Shown here piece by piece: positions 1-14,688 of a stretch of 64,000 nt of DNA. The notes below the pieces were generated by a model. That model was not told the origin of the DNA. It searched no databases and saw nothing but the letters and a program-made list of their open reading frames with translations. Within the stretch, counting starts at the first letter, position 1; the number at the start of each line of letters is the position of its first letter. This stretch comes from Octopus vulgaris (taxonomy: Eukaryota), in contig OX597820.1 in NCBI GenBank assembly GCA_951406725.2, positions 90,024,001-90,088,000 of the forward strand, given 5' to 3'. The position numbers and the translations under genes are program-made.

Positions 1-63
<63 letters not shown>

Positions 64-107
64 CATTATTATTATTATTATCATCATCATCATCATTATT
101 ATTATTA

Positions 108-180
<73 letters not shown>

Positions 181-224
181 CATTATTATTATTATTATCA
201 TCATCATCATCATTATTATTATTA

Positions 225-298
<74 letters not shown>

Positions 299-310
299 GT
301 TATTATCATT
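1..310. repeat. (ATT)n/(ATC)n microsatellite
   Basis: Direct: trinucleotide tract. The ATC-interruption pattern at 64 recurs at 181 (117-bp higher-order duplication). Confidence 0.97.
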
Positions 311-445
311 AACAGCAACAAGTTTATGCTCCTTTCATATTATACAACCATGCTGTAAAACAATACCCACGTAAAAACCTTGGAAATGAAACATTCCGGA
401 TATCGATGTAACGATTCCAACAGACAAGCTACCTGTTGAAACATG

Positions 446-449
446 CACA

Positions 450-508
<59 letters not shown>

Positions 509-645
509 ATTTATATGCATATATTCAAATATCCCTATGTAGGTATATATATGTTTATATATATATATATATATATACACATACACACATACACACATTT
601 TACATATATATCTTTATAGCTATAAATAAATAAATAAATAAATAC

Positions 646-720
<75 letters not shown>

Positions 721-755
721 TGTATCTACGCGCTCGCGCACGCACACACGCACAT
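446..755. repeat. Compound (CA)n/(TA)n/(TAAA)n microsatellite
   Basis: Direct: dinucleotide and tetranucleotide tracts. Confidence 0.95.
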
Positions 756-1590
756 ATGAAGGAACTGGAATCACTTAAACGAAAATACAATATCGACATC
801 ACACGTAATGGAATGTACACATAAGCAACCAAAATATAAATAAAATGATACTGACACGGTAAATCACGAAAATATACCGAACACGTGCAAAGGAAGTATA
901 ACAAAACAAAACCATAAAACACCTACAGTATACTAACCAAGACAAACTGAACCAGACCAACACGAACACAATATAATGTAAAGGAAATGTGTAGATGAAC
1001 ACTTCAGAATAGGAAATTCTAAACGTGGAGGAAATCATAAGCATGACAATCTAGAGGTGGGAATTATTAACAAACGAGAGAAAAATCAAACACAAGAGCT
1101 TCCTCTCTTCCAACGAAATAAAACCTCACCAAGTATAAAAGATAACGTTAAAAAATAGCAGCAGTAATGGAAATCGCAATCCTTGCAATAACAGAGTTAA
1201 TGAAAACAGAAACGAACATGAGTATCTGCAGGTTAAACGAAATATTATATATACAGTAGAAAATGTAGTTATAACGGGATATGTGTATTTCCGCGGATCA
1301 AATCATATACGAATAACAAAACCCAGCATGGAAATCAAATTTATAGAGAAGTGTGGTATCTACGAGAAAAAGATCTCTCAAATTTTATTGAAAGCAATAG
1401 CTAAACAACACAAGGAAAAACAGGTTGACAAAAACAAATATACATAGACTTAACAGAAGAGACCTTTCCTAAATTGCAGTGAATCTGTTGCAATATGAAA
1501 GCGGCAGAAATTATTCTTTCAACGAAACATACAACTTGAGCTCAATCGCAAACGACCCTTTACCTTAAAGAACTACCTAATTATTAATTA

Positions 1591-2860
1591 TCAGATCATT
1601 AAGAATGAAATATCCAATTTTCTTATACACTAAGTTTCACCGTCTATAACCCTGTTTTATCCAGTCAATTATTTGTGTTACAACATTGATGAGTTACATC
1701 ACCGCTTTTCGAAATGCAGTTAATGGTGTATGATTATATAATGAATTATCTCTTGTAAATCAATTTTTGTGAACCCATGGATAGATAAAAAAATTCGTGT
1801 TGTTTATGAATATGGGTGTAACCAATACATTCCGGTCAGCTCGAAACATTAATGAGGTGTTTGGTGAAGATGTGGCAATTGAGCGCATTGTGCGTCGATG
1901 GTTTGAGAAGTTCCGGTCTGGTGACATTCCTCTTGAAAATCAGCCCCATGGTAGACCGAAGACCAAGGTGGATAATGATGAGCTGGAAACTGTGATGGAA
2001 GCAGGTACATTTCAAACTATGCATGAGTTAGCAGGAAGGTTTGATGTTTCGATTCCATTTGTATTGCATCATCTGAAACAGATCGGCAAGCTACAGAAGC
2101 TGGACAAGTGAGCACTGCACGAACTGAACGAGCAACAAATGACACGTCGCCTTGAAACTTGCTGATCTATACTGTCGCAGCATAAAAGCGAACTAGTTTT
2201 GCATCGTATTGTTACATGTGAGGAAAAATGGATTCTTTTCAACAATAGGAAGAGTTCTGCACGGTGGTCGGATTGAGACGAAGTGCCCAAACACAATGCA
2301 AAAATGAATATTCACCACAAAATGCTAATAATGTCAGTTTGGCGGTCTAGCGCTTGTGTCATCCACTACAGTTTCATGAGACCTGGTAAGTCAATTATAG
2401 CGGATGTATACATCAGCTAATCGAATGAGATGATGAGTGAACTTAATTAACAACCGAGTTCGGTCTATAGAAATAGGCCAATTCTCTAGGAGGAAAATGC
2501 TCGACATGTTGTCGAGAGAATGCTACTCAATTTACAAGAATTGAACTTGGAATTACCCTGTCATCCACCATATTCACCAGACCGTGCACCAATTGACTAT
2601 CACGTTTTCCAGGCATTAGACAACTTTTGAAAGGAAAACAAACTTCAAATCTGAAGAAGATGCAAAAACAACTTTTCGTGATTTCATCACCTCTTTCTCT
2701 GCAGAATTATTCGCTGCCGGCATAAACAAACTATCAATAAAATGGCAAAATTGTGTTGATAATTTAGATGCATAGTTTGATTCACTGCATTGCTTTTTGT
2801 TGAGATAAGATAAAATAAATTTTTAGTTCAAAATCGGACATTTCATTCTTAATGACCTGT
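1591..2860 (+). mobile_element. Full-length Tc1/mariner (mariner-type) DNA transposon, 1270 bp
   Basis: About 30-bp TIRs (tcagatcattaagaatgaaatatccaattt at 1591-1620; aaatcggacatttcattcttaatgacctgt at 2831-2860), flanked by TA at 1589-1590 and 2861-2862. Encloses a transposase relic. Confidence 0.95.
1778..2790 (+). pseudogene. Mariner transposase pseudogene (HTH + DDD domain)
   Basis: VRRWFEKFRSGD..GRP (HTH); *ALHEL (WVPHEL); IVTCEEKWILFNN (IVTxDEKW); EENARH (HDNAxPH); HPPYSPDRAPIDYHVF (YSPDLAPxD). Multiple stops and frameshifts. Confidence 0.92.
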
Positions 2861-5800
2861 TAGAAATCAACAGCAAGCGAAAGAGAATTTGTGGAAGGAG
2901 TACGAGTAGTAAACGAATCGCAACAAAGAAGATTAATCAAAACACAGACCATAAGATCCTGTATCATTACAAGAAGTGGTTAACAGCTACAAAAATATGA
3001 CAACCGCAAAACAGTAAACCCTAAAATCTAATCACCTATCTTCCTGCACCTTACAAGTCATCATTTGCAATAATATTGCAAAGCACAAATATTTGGAAAA
3101 GAAAAAAATCAAAGGATATTCTTCTGATTAGAAGAGATGCTGCAAAGGCTAACGTGGTTATTATGCTACGGTCCTTATCAGCAGACATATATGAAGATTA
3201 TAAGCATGAGAAATAACAACAAATGGCGGCGAGTAACTAGTAGAATGATTTAGACTGCATGTTTATCACGCGTACTCTGTAAACATTGGTCATTGAGAAG
3301 TTGACACGTAGAAGGCAGATGCATTAAACATAAAAGAAACATATAATTGATGGTATTATGTAACCTACTGCAGAATATAGAATTCAAAAGGACTTCCTCT
3401 GTGTGTCGCTTTATTGTTTGGTGCTAACACCTTCAACCAATATGTTAAACGACATTAATATGTTAAACTTGCACACAAATGTTATGATAGGTAACACGAT
3501 CATATTTTACATATGGTCGACTTTAAGTTGTACTATACAGATGATAAAAAAAACCCACCAAATAGAGTAGTGCAAACATTATATGATATTACAAGCGGAA
3601 TTGATGTTCGAAATAGATTTTAAAAATTCGCAGTGGAAAACATGGAAAGAGTTAAGGTCTTGCGAAAATAGAAACTATTATAAAACACCACAGTAGAAAT
3701 AAAACATATCTTGTAAAGAATGATGGAAATGCTAATACAAGTAAAAACACGAAGTAGGAAGCAAATAAATTTGTTGATGTGACAGATAGTTTTAGCGAAA
3801 GACGGGAAACAAGAGTGGAAATTATGAGAATTCTCAGAAATAATCTAAAATGGCACTAGAGAATGACAGCTTAAAGTGCTTGTAAGAAAGGGCCTTCATG
3901 TACGAAGAAAATATTGTTTATATACAAGAAGAAAATATTGTTTATATAAAACAAGGAAATATTCATATACAGAAAATATAACAGCAACTCTGGTTTGAAA
4001 ACGCAGGGCTCAATATTGAGACTGAAGGATACCAGACTGTAACAAAGACTCAAATTCTTCCCTGTAGAAACAACCAAATGCAAGAAATTATGTGGAGAGA
4101 GAAAATATGCTATTAACTATAGTCTCCAGCTACCAAAGTGTGCATAAATCTATAGGCAGTGACAGTTGGGATATTCAAAATAGCAACACTATGATATACT
4201 AACGGATAATGTGTTACATATACGAAAATATTATTTTAGGGAATGTTACATTTACCACAATACAGGATAGGTAAAACCCCACGAACAAGATCGAGGATAA
4301 TTACTCAGATAGTTGTTAAGAAATACTGATAACAAAATTAGCTGCTAACAGAAGTATGCTTCACAGCATACGGTAATTTATTTGTGAAACAAGCGGTGGT
4401 TAACAAACACTGGGGAGTGAGCACAGAAAAATAATCCAATAATAATTGGTACCTTAGCAATTACACAAAATATTCATGCAAATAAGCAAACAGGATATAC
4501 AATTATGCAGGATATACAGAAAATAAAAGTATTAACCACTGCACATATATATTACACAAAATACTTTGAATGTATCAGGAAAAAAAAACCTTTTCGTATA
4601 TTTAAGCACAAAAAGCTGAAAAAGCACAACGGAAATAATTTAATAATATTAATTAAAAGCAATGCTAATAATAATAATTCCTGGCTATATGTGCATACTA
4701 CCAAAAATACAAAAGGTTTATGAAAAAATTAGTAGAACGTAACATGTTGATGTCTGCATATACAATAAGTTGGACAGGCAAAACGTAATACCTTATGAAA
4801 AGCAGATTAAATATTTAAATAATCTATATTCTTCGGCGTGTTACACTATGCACTCAAAGGGAAATAACCCCAACTTGACCTCGATTGTTATTCTTACTCA
4901 CTATTGTCGTCAGACCGGTAAGAGAGTGAAGTAGTACGGGGTGATCGAACAATTGCAAGTGAAACAGAGAGGTTACAGCAGTCAGTGGTAGAAGCCACGA
5001 GGAGCTTTGCTTAATATTTAATACATTTTTACTAACTCTATAAGTGATCTAACGCCTAAGTTTTCAATAACATTAATTTGCGGTCGCGTTCATTTTCATT
5101 AAAAAAATCTTTAAAATATGACGATATATAAATGTGTGCATCAAAATAAAATACAAAAAATTATAAAACTTGAAATTTCCTCGGATTCCAAATATTGATA
5201 TTTACAAAATATGATTAATTGCTCGTAGTCACTAATTAGACTGATCAATAATTAGACTTATTAACCGAAGGAAATAGGACTCATGTTGTGATGGCAGAAT
5301 TTTTACAACAGGCATAAGCATCAGAAAGGAACAGCTACAAACAAATGGAATTCAGATCATTAACATGGTTTTCCTGAGATATAAATTTTGCTCTTATTAT
5401 CATTAGGATTTATCATTTGCATAGTTAAATTAAATACTTTATAAATTTCACGAAACTGAGTGTTATGCACTTTCATTTTGCACGGTGAAAGAAGATTGTC
5501 GTTTCCTTGCGAATTTTGTGTCACGAGTCTGTATCAGTCACTACTGTCCATGAATTTACAACAGAAGTCAAACACATTATTAGTTTTAGAATTAAATAAG
5601 TATTTGTCATATTTTAAGAGAATCGTGTTTCATACTGACATAATTTCTTTGTACATTGTAGTATCTTGTTGCAAAATATATGTAGAGGTTTTAAATGCTG
5701 CTCATCACTTAACATTCCTAGCGGCATTCCTTCTCCAATGCCTACTGATTTTCGAATTTTCGAGATAGTATTCATTCTGTTATCACCTGAGATATAAGTC

Positions 5801-6619
5801 TATGATTAATATGTCTTTCATTTGAAATTGTTAGTGAGACTTTAATGATAAGTATTCTGTAATGTGGCTTCAAATAATCAGCATTACAAAAATATTTACG
5901 CAGAAGTATCAAAACAGTGCAGATGGAGAACAATCATGCTTCTAACTATAAATATACAATATTCATGGTTACTTTTACGTAATTCTATATGTTACCATGT
6001 GTATTACTTTTTGTTGTTGTTTTTATCTCATTATTCTTCGCAGTTATTTTATTGTTCATTTCGAATATTGTTCGAGGAGTTACATATTCTAAAGTTTTGA
6101 AAATCACATTTCATTAGCATTTCCTTTTTAGTTTTAAAGCATTTTAAATATATAATTTATCCTATCATATGTATTACACAATTTTTCGAACTCTCGTTAT
6201 CTCCATCTACGCTATTATAAAGGTACCCTCGAGTGAGTATAGTTTTCAGTTATAGAATTAATTCATAACCAAAGAATCCAAAAGAACGAAAATATTCCGT
6301 AAAGGGACAATTCTACTCTAATTTTCAGGTCATACGGTTTATTTATTCATTTGATTTTAATTTTCGTCTGGGTTTTCTTTTCTCTGAATATTTTTTTTAG
6401 TTCCGAACTTATATTTTATATGTAGTAACAAATATCTTATCATATTGGATTTCTCCACTATTAAATTAGAGTCAATCTATTTAAAAAAATCTGTGCATTG
6501 CATTGCACAGCCAAGACTTGATAGATTCGTAGGGGATGCACTTGTGACATAGGATTTATGTTATGCATATAAACCCGTCGGAGACCAACATTCTGTGGGT
6601 CTAATCGCAACCAATTTTT

Positions 6620-6675
<56 letters not shown>

Positions 6676-6700
6676 TAGAGAGAGAGAGAGGAAGAGAGAG
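6620..6700. repeat. (GA)n microsatellite
   Basis: Direct. Confidence 0.95.
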
Positions 6701-7704
6701 ATGCCCTAATCTTAAGATTGGAGGAATTCAAGTATTTGCTCTCTAGGAACTGCATATTTCTTCGTGTATGACATTGTATAGTATTAATAACACATATTAC
6801 TCACGAAAAGGCATTGCGTATACGCTGTATGTAGTGGTAGTGGGCTCTTTGTAGTAGTTTAACGCAGATACTATTCTGATCAAATAATGATATGATGAAA
6901 AGAGGCCCAGCTGTAAATGTTCTTTCAGACAGGACTGTTCCAAGTATTATAATGTCGATGAATTGGATTATCTACCTGTTAAATTAAGGTAAATTTCGCA
7001 CTTGTAATTATTGAGCTAACAATCGCGATGTACGACAATCATTGCAATATGTGATAAAAACGGACACTGGGATTCTGTACAAGTTTGTGGGTTACCAGAA
7101 AAATAGAGTTCCACGTTATTCTGAGCATTAGGGTTGCAGGTACATCTTCCGTATTGACAAGCATGTATCTTAGGTACTAGACATACCCTACGTTCTAATA
7201 CCCAAGAACAGTGGATTTCGAACACATTAATCAATGTTTATTGCATATTTCAAATAGTTTGAAGCAAATTTACTTGCTATGTCAGTGATATCAAGATGCA
7301 ATGCAGAAACACTTGTGGGAGACATTACATTTATACTTGTTTCAGCTGTGAATTTTACCACTTTAATCACCTTGTTTATTACTGTACGAAGCTAATAATT
7401 GCAAGTAGAGATGTTTATTTTGTTGTTTACATATCAACACTGACCCTTATTCACATTCACCATATCAAACGAAATATTAGGAATACTATATTTTTAGTTA
7501 GTCAGAATTTCCAAATTTTCCCAGATTAAGTTGGAATTTCCTGATTCAGCAATATATACAAATATTTTAGTATAACATACTACCTTTCCTTTCAGGTCCT
7601 AGGTATTTTGTGATAAAGAAATGAACTACAATTTATTTTCTCTTATCTTCTGTGAAAGATATAACTGTTAGTATGTAAACATGTGACCAGCGTCGGAAAT
7701 CATG

Positions 7705-7738
<34 letters not shown>

Positions 7739-7955
7739 GCGTGTGTGTATTTGTGTGAGTGAGTGTGTATGTATGAGGCTATGCATGTATGTGTGTACAT
7801 AAATATACATAGATATGTATACACAGACATATATGTATATGTAAACATGCATATATATATATAAATGTGTGTGTGTGTGTGTGTAAACACACACGCATGC
7901 ATTTATGTATATAGGTATGTATGTATGTATGTATATGTATATGTATGTGTGTATG
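7705..7955. repeat. Compound (TA)/(TG)/(TATG) microsatellite
   Basis: Direct. Confidence 0.9.
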
Positions 7956-10145
7956 TGAATTCCAAATTGGTCATCAAATCGCACCTTTCTATTTTCCTCG
8001 TTTTGTCTTCCGAATACTTTCCATTTAATTTAATTTAATTTTTCCATAAAGGGCTTCCTCCTGAACGTTAAATTATTTTTCGTCTATTACCGTATCTAAT
8101 TAGATTGTGCATTTTTTGTTGTTTTTACCCCCTTTTCTACGCTTTTTTCACTCTATTTCGCACGTATTATTTATCTTCACTCAGTTTCATAATCTCACAC
8201 GTGTCATACTTAGTCACACACACATACACACACACACAGACGCACACACACACAGACACACGAACACACACACACACACACAGACACACAAACACACTAA
8301 AATAGTTATGTGTTGTGAAATAAGTAATTCTCTTCAGCTCATCAATAGCTGAGAAGCTGCATTGTCACTGAGATATTTATATATTTCATTCGGCAACACG
8401 GGGTAAATTTTGCTTATTCTCCTTTTATGGTACAGTTCTACAAATTTCGTGTCACATGACGTTGGATGCAAATGACATCTTATTAGCTTTAAGCTCGCAG
8501 GAAAGAGCTGAGCATCAAATTTAAACCGAAATCAAATTTATATTAAATTCTAAAAGGTTCTTCTCCAATCACCTCTGATGGTATGAACATTTATGCTGGT
8601 GCAGTTAACTTTTGAGTAATACCTGTGTGAATCCGATATAGCTAGTTAAATTATTGTTTCACAAACAACAATAAGATATACAGCACTAATTTTGTGAGCG
8701 TTTATATTGGACGCACATCCATATTACGCCAGTTGCATATCACTTCCTTCTGCTCTTGATTTAGTCAGAATAATTTGACAATTTTACTTTAGATGACACA
8801 AGAAATGTTATTAATGCAGCTGCAACTCATCTTTATGTTGTAATGATTGAACAGCTGACGGAATTTGTAGCCGATCTGTAAATGTCTGTTGATGCGGGAG
8901 AGGAAATTTCATGCAACACCAGGTTTTACATCAATGTAATATGGAAGTTTATCCGTCGTTCCAAGATTGAATTGGGCAAGATTGTTTTGTGTTCGCGTAT
9001 AATTAATGTAAAATATATTTACTGCCTCTGCCTAAATCGCTTTCAGTTTTATTCATGAATACTGGATAAAACACCATCAGTTAACACTGTAAAGGACACA
9101 CTAACACGGTTGGTTGCCTTGCTAGAAATAACAACCGTATCTCCTTCAAGCTAACTTTACAATCTTTAAAAGGGTAAGATCTTTGTATAATATAGTCACA
9201 GATGTATATATAGTGAGATGATCTCAGTGGCAAGCTCGTCGGAAACATATCTGCTCGGTCAGGGTTGCTCTAGTGTTAAGCAACGACATATATCTCATCT
9301 CTTCCTTTGTATATCTATAGCTGTCACCATCTTCCAATTGAACAGAAAATAAATAGTAGCTTAATTCAGTGACTCTTGCTAAAAGTTCCAACATATGAAC
9401 ATTTCAAACAATCATTCCTGATCGGAGATGACTGCCATTTGATGTCAGAAATATATTCGTATCTCATTTAAATCATTCAGCAGTTACCCTCCATCGCTAT
9501 TCAGCCTGACGTCAATGCAGACGATCATAAGTTTCAATGCATTACACTATTAGCTACCTATTCGGATTTTATTATAGGAGCCAAGAATAAATGTGATTCA
9601 CTTAAGGTACGGAATAGTGTACACGTAGTTACCCAAAATGCAATAAACAGCATAGCAGACAAAATCCTCTCAAATCCCTAATTAAGGTATTTGATAATAT
9701 ACTCCTTGATATACTTCCTTTCATATAAGCTGTTGTGTGCTGATGAAAAACTCTTAGACCAAAGATCAGTATTTTAGGAGTAAAGGTCAAACGAATTAAA
9801 TAGCAATATATAGTGGGTGAAAATGTTAAAAGAATATTAAATAATTAACAACTGTATATGATTTATTTTCATTGAATAATTCTTTGCAAGTATCTTAAAA
9901 TCTAGAAACAGGCATACTTATATTACCCTCCAAAACATCCTTCCATCTTCTAATTTCAGTTGAATGTCTGTACCTCGAATATTCGACGTTTCTAGGGCTT
10001 AGACCTGCTTTTTGATACTTATGTTAATAAATATGCTAATATTCACTTAACTATACATGGAGATGACTCCGCTGAATTATATGCATATTTATTCTTGCAT
10101 GAATATATAATTCATATTTTTATGCACACACACACAAACACACAT

Positions 10146-10178
<33 letters not shown>

Positions 10179-10399
10179 CACTTACACACTGTGCATAACT
10201 GTCGAAGTCAGAGAATCAAGACCCAAATAGATCGATAGTGATATCTCTAACCATCTCAATTGAACCTGGATTTCTTTGATACGTTAGGAAACTGGAGGAA
10301 AGCATGGGAAATCTTTTACGTCACATATATTTTATCACATTAGGTAAACAAAACAATATCGCAGGTATTCGCATCCAATTGAATCTAGATGACTAATCG

Positions 10400-13300
10400 T
10401 ATTTGGCTGTGCTTATGAAGATTTTTACTTGTAAATTGTCTTTCCGCTACCCAATAACATTTCTTGTGATAATTAACTGTATAAAAGAATGAACTTCTCT
10501 TAATAATAACGATAACTGCAATAGTGATATTTCTCCACTTTCTCACTTACCTTCTCCTTCACCTTGCGTTCCTACTGTGAAACAATATCGACAATAATTG
10601 CTTTGTTATTTGTTCCTACGACAACAATATCAGGTTTTCTAGGCTCAGTAAAATGGTCACACTGGGTGGTCACAAGATCTTTTATTGTTCGTGTTCAGCA
10701 ACCCTTTCCGGCTGGTGCTCATACAGTTTCTCGTTTCTGCTCTTTTCATACTTATGACAGAGCGCCACAGTTTCTGTTCAAGTTTTAGTTTGGATTTAAG
10801 TTGTTCTACAGCTTTTGTTGTTTCCTCTTTTTCTTCAAAGTATTTAGGTGCTATGACATATTTTTTGCTTTTTTTTTTGGCAGTTTCCTTAAAATCTGAA
10901 ACCAATTTTTTTTGTTTTGTTCGTGTTTTCTTTTTGTTATTTGAATTTTTTTGTTATTTATTTTCCTTGCGACTGAGGTAGGTATTTCTGTGGTTGTTAT
11001 TTTGTAATAGTTTTCTAGCTGTAAAAGGCCTCTACCATCTGCCATACGTTGTATACGTAACTTTTCTATATCAGATTTTGGGTAGTGCATCCGAAACCCT
11101 GTCATTATTTTTCTTGTTTTCCTGTTGCAGCTGTAACGTATAACTGGGACGGCTACAGTATTGATACCTAGTACCTTTTTTTTGCATTGAGCTCTGTTTT
11201 CAGTATTAATCTAATTCGTATATAGTATTCTTTTCTCACCTTCTCTTTGATGTGTGTGTTGTATCGTTTATTGATTCCTAAGTATTGTATGTCTAATTCT
11301 CTTATTTCATTTGTTTTATCTAGTGTGATGTTGCTACTATTAACTAGTTTTCCTCTTTTCAAGGTTGCTTAATCACATTTTTCTCAGTCAAATTTCATTA
11401 TTATTTCTTTCGTAAATCCATGTACTCTCTGTAGTAATGTTTCCAGCTGTTTATCATTTGTAGCGTACAGTTTTAGATTATCCATATATAATACGTAGCT
11501 AATTGCATTAACATAGCAGTTGTATCCACATCCAGTTCTGGTTAGTATGTCAGATAAATGTGTCAGTGCAAATCAGAAAAGGAGTGGATAGAGTGTGCCG
11601 CCCTGGATTGTTCCTCTTCTAATGGGGATAACTTTGGTCTTTATGAGTTCCTCTTTTCTCTGGAGTTGTAGAACTGTCTGCCTTTTATTCATGGAATATT
11701 TTATATATTTTATGATTATTGGTGCCAACTTGTTCATGGCTTGTGTTTCAAGGATAAATATGTGGGGAATGCTATGAAAAGACTCTCTGTAATCGATCGA
11801 GGCCATACCCATTTTCTTTCTGCGTCTGTCTTCAGTTATGGCTTTATTGATCAGTAGCTGATCATTAGAGCGGTATCAGCACTTGCAGCATCCCTTCTTC
11901 TCTTGTTGAAACAGGTTGTTTTCTTTCAGATGCTTACTCATTCTCTGCAATATTATTGCAGTAAAGGCTTTGTAAATCGTATGGAGACAAGGTATCAGTC
12001 TGCAATTTTGTGGTTTTGCCGTTTCAGTGGATATGGGAATTGGGATAGTTTTCTCTTCTGTGAGCCATTCAGGCAATATCTCTGGCTATGCTAGTATCTC
12101 ATTAAAATTCTCAGCCAGGTTTTTATGTATTCCTGGTAGTATTTTAACCAGAATTCGGGGATCTTGTCATGCCCGAGTGCCTTCCACTTGCTTAGATTTT
12201 GCAGTCTGTGGTTGACCTTTTGAGCAATTTTTGGGGTACAGAGTTGATAAAATCCTGTCTTCTGTGTTTTGATAGACCTTTGCTCAGGTTGTTCCTTCAC
12301 CGACCATATTTCTTTATTTTATTTTTGCAAAGTTCTTGGTAGAATCTTTTGGGGTTGGAGCTGAAATGCTTGTTTTGTTCGAAGAAACGTTGGCGTTTAT
12401 CATCCCAGCGGATTCTTTGTGCTTTGGTGAAGATATCATGCTTTAGCTGTTCTTTTATCTCAGATAATTTTGTATTTATGTTGTATTTTACTTCTCTAGT
12501 CGCTGATTGTCTACTAGTTTCATTAAGGATTGACAGATTCCTTCTCTTATTTTCTATTTTGTTCTGGACGCTATTTATCCTCAGAGTTTGTTTGGGTGGC
12601 GATACTCCTGTTTGGATGGGTTTGAAGGGTTATCCAGCTTCTTTTGTTGCAACAGAAGTTACTGCATATATTATATTATTTAGCCTGGTCATATTGACAC
12701 TTGTTTCCGTAGCTATTAGTTCTGAGCCGGCCAGATTCATGCTATTTATTATTGATGTTGTTTTATTATCACTTTTAATTTTGGGGAGGTACAATAGGTG
12801 GTCCCTTCTGAAATATGTGTCTTTAAATTCTCTGATTATGCTCATATTTAGAGTATCATAATCAGTAATTTCACCTTCACTGTTTCCATGTTTTAGATTT
12901 GCTTCGTATTCCCTCCTTTTATATTTTTGTCTGTGGTGTTCTGGTTTAGTGCATTTTGCTCATCATTAAACATTCCTATGGTTTGGGTTTGCTGTCCTTC
13001 TTTGTTTACTTCGTTTTTGTTAGACATGTTACGTCTGCCTTCGTGTCTTACAGTTCAATTACTCATGATATTATTTGGCATTACTGTGTGGTTGATATTT
13101 ATGCTTTCCTGATGATATTTATCATCATCATCATCATCATCATCATCATTATCATCATTACAGTGGTTCTACGGCATTTTGTATATACAACGCTCAGCTG
13201 TTTTCCTTCTATACTATCAGTTAACATCTCCGCGCCTCTGGACAAGTACAGCCTATATACTAATATTATCATCATCATTATTGTTGTCGTTGTTGTTGTT

Positions 13301-13700
13301 TGTCTTGTTGGGGGTTGGTGTTGGGAGATAACAGACATTTACCGGTATTGTATTGTAGTGCATCAGCCTGTTCAGTTATGGCATTTAGTTTTAGTATTTT
13401 GTGACATTAGTGTTTGTACTAAGTGTTGTGTTTTTCATGCTAGTTGTATTCTCCTTTTGAGCACCCGACCTGTAGAGTACATGTTGTCGGTGTGAGTTAT
13501 TTTGTGGATATTTACTGTAAGGTGTGTCTGGTGTTTGTTGAATAGTATAATTAATGTGTGCTATTGAATTGGTACTGTCTTGCGTAGGAAGTGGACTGTT
13601 TCTAGTGGGTCTATTTTTGGGCAGCGTATAGCGTTGAGGGTTAAGGTATGGCTTCTAGTAATTTGTTCATACATATATTTTCATATCCATGTTCCAGTTA
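10400..13700 (-). mobile_element. Decayed near-full-length RLE-type (R4/Dong-like) LINE
   Basis: Minus-strand fragments in the expected order: KALGHDKIPEFWLK; PEWLTEEKTIPIP..NCRLIPCLHTIYK; IDYRESFHSIPH; QGGTLYPLLF; YMDNLKLYA (about 11460-11490); HYPKSDIEKL..GRGLLQLE; RKPDIVVV..IIVDI (RLE PD..D motif, about 10580-10645). Confidence 0.9.
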
Positions 13701-13825
13701 TTTCTCGTATTGTACCTCTATACCCAACAAGTTGAATACTTCACCTTCGAAATGTTTGTACGTTGATAGTTTCACAACTTGATAGTTTCACAACTTTGAT
13801 AGTTTCACAACTTAAAGCAGGAACA

Positions 13826-14225
13826 GTTCCTGCTTTAAGATGCCACGTCTTTTGTATTTCAATTTCCAGGTCCTTATATTTACTTAATTTGTCAAATTCC
13901 TTTACAGATATATTTTTATCAGTAGGAACATTTATATCTATTAGTTTACAAGTATTTTCTTCCATGTCATTAACTATTATGTATGGATCGTTCTGTTGGT
14001 ATTGACTGGAAACTCTCATAGGATAATTACATTTTTACCGTCAACAACTGGATCAGGATGATGTTCATACCAGTAAGCAGGAGTGATGATTTTATAGTGT
14101 TTACATATTTTCCAATGTAAATAATGTCCTACCCTATCGTGGCGATTTCTGTATCCGTTTGGTGTCAGCACAGGAATCCTGTGACGAGATGGCCTATAGT
14201 TTCGTGAAATGTATCGCAGTCATCC
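13826..14225 (-). mobile_element. RLE endonuclease fragment of a second R4/Dong-like LINE
   Basis: CDTFHETIGHLV (decayed CCHC), RHDRVG, CKLIDINVPTDKNISVKEFDKLSKYKDLEIEIQKTW (D..K..KY RLE motif). Confidence 0.88.
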
Positions 14226-14229
14226 ATAA

Positions 14230-14688
14230 CCATCTTTTTCTATCTGTCTTATCTTCAACATCCCAATGAAATTGTCGATGCATTATTTTTCTATCCACCT
14301 ATTTTCAATTGCATTTATTCTCAAGACCTTGTATAGTGCTTTATCTTTGAAATCTTCCTTCCTACACAAGCCTAACATTCTTAGTTCCAATAATAGCGGT
14401 TCTGTGGAATTTTCTACATGCCATACTCTGTTGTTTTCGTCTACTCTAATAGTGTGTTCGCATCAAATCAGTCCTCTTCCCTCTCTTTTCCTTGGTACAT
14501 ACAATCTGTCTGTGTCACGTTTTGGGTGGTGTATCCCATATTTAGTCAGTAACTTTCTTGCCTGTCTCTCTAAACTGTTTAGTTCGTCTACTGTCCATGC
14601 GATTACCCCCGCCCCATATCTAACTAGTGAAACCGCCCTGGTGTTGATAGCCTCAATCATATTCCGTCCGTTTAATTTCGACTTAAAG

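Larger units (their letters stand above)
780..5010 (+). mobile_element. Heavily decayed RLE-type (R4/Dong-like) non-LTR retrotransposon, interrupted by a mariner
   Basis: A-rich coding-like strand. RT-like remnants near 3380-3430 (..SLYCLVLTP, cf. QGDSLSPLLFCLALTP) and 3505-3535 (tttacatatggtcgactttaagttgtac, cf. LYMDDLKLY). Same layout as the 10400-13700 element. Boundaries approximate. Confidence 0.6.

Noticed and set aside
7020-7106. Sushi-like peptide CDKNGHWDSVQVC on the + strand
   Set aside because: Bounded by stops with no usable splice acceptor in frame.
8037-8074. Possible mini-hammerhead (aatt..gggcttcctcctgaacgttaaatt)
   Set aside because: Resembles the 18913 family, but the core and GAAA are too decayed to call.
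13763-13811. CRISPR-like short repeats
   Set aside because: Direct tandem copies with no spacers, in a eukaryotic context.
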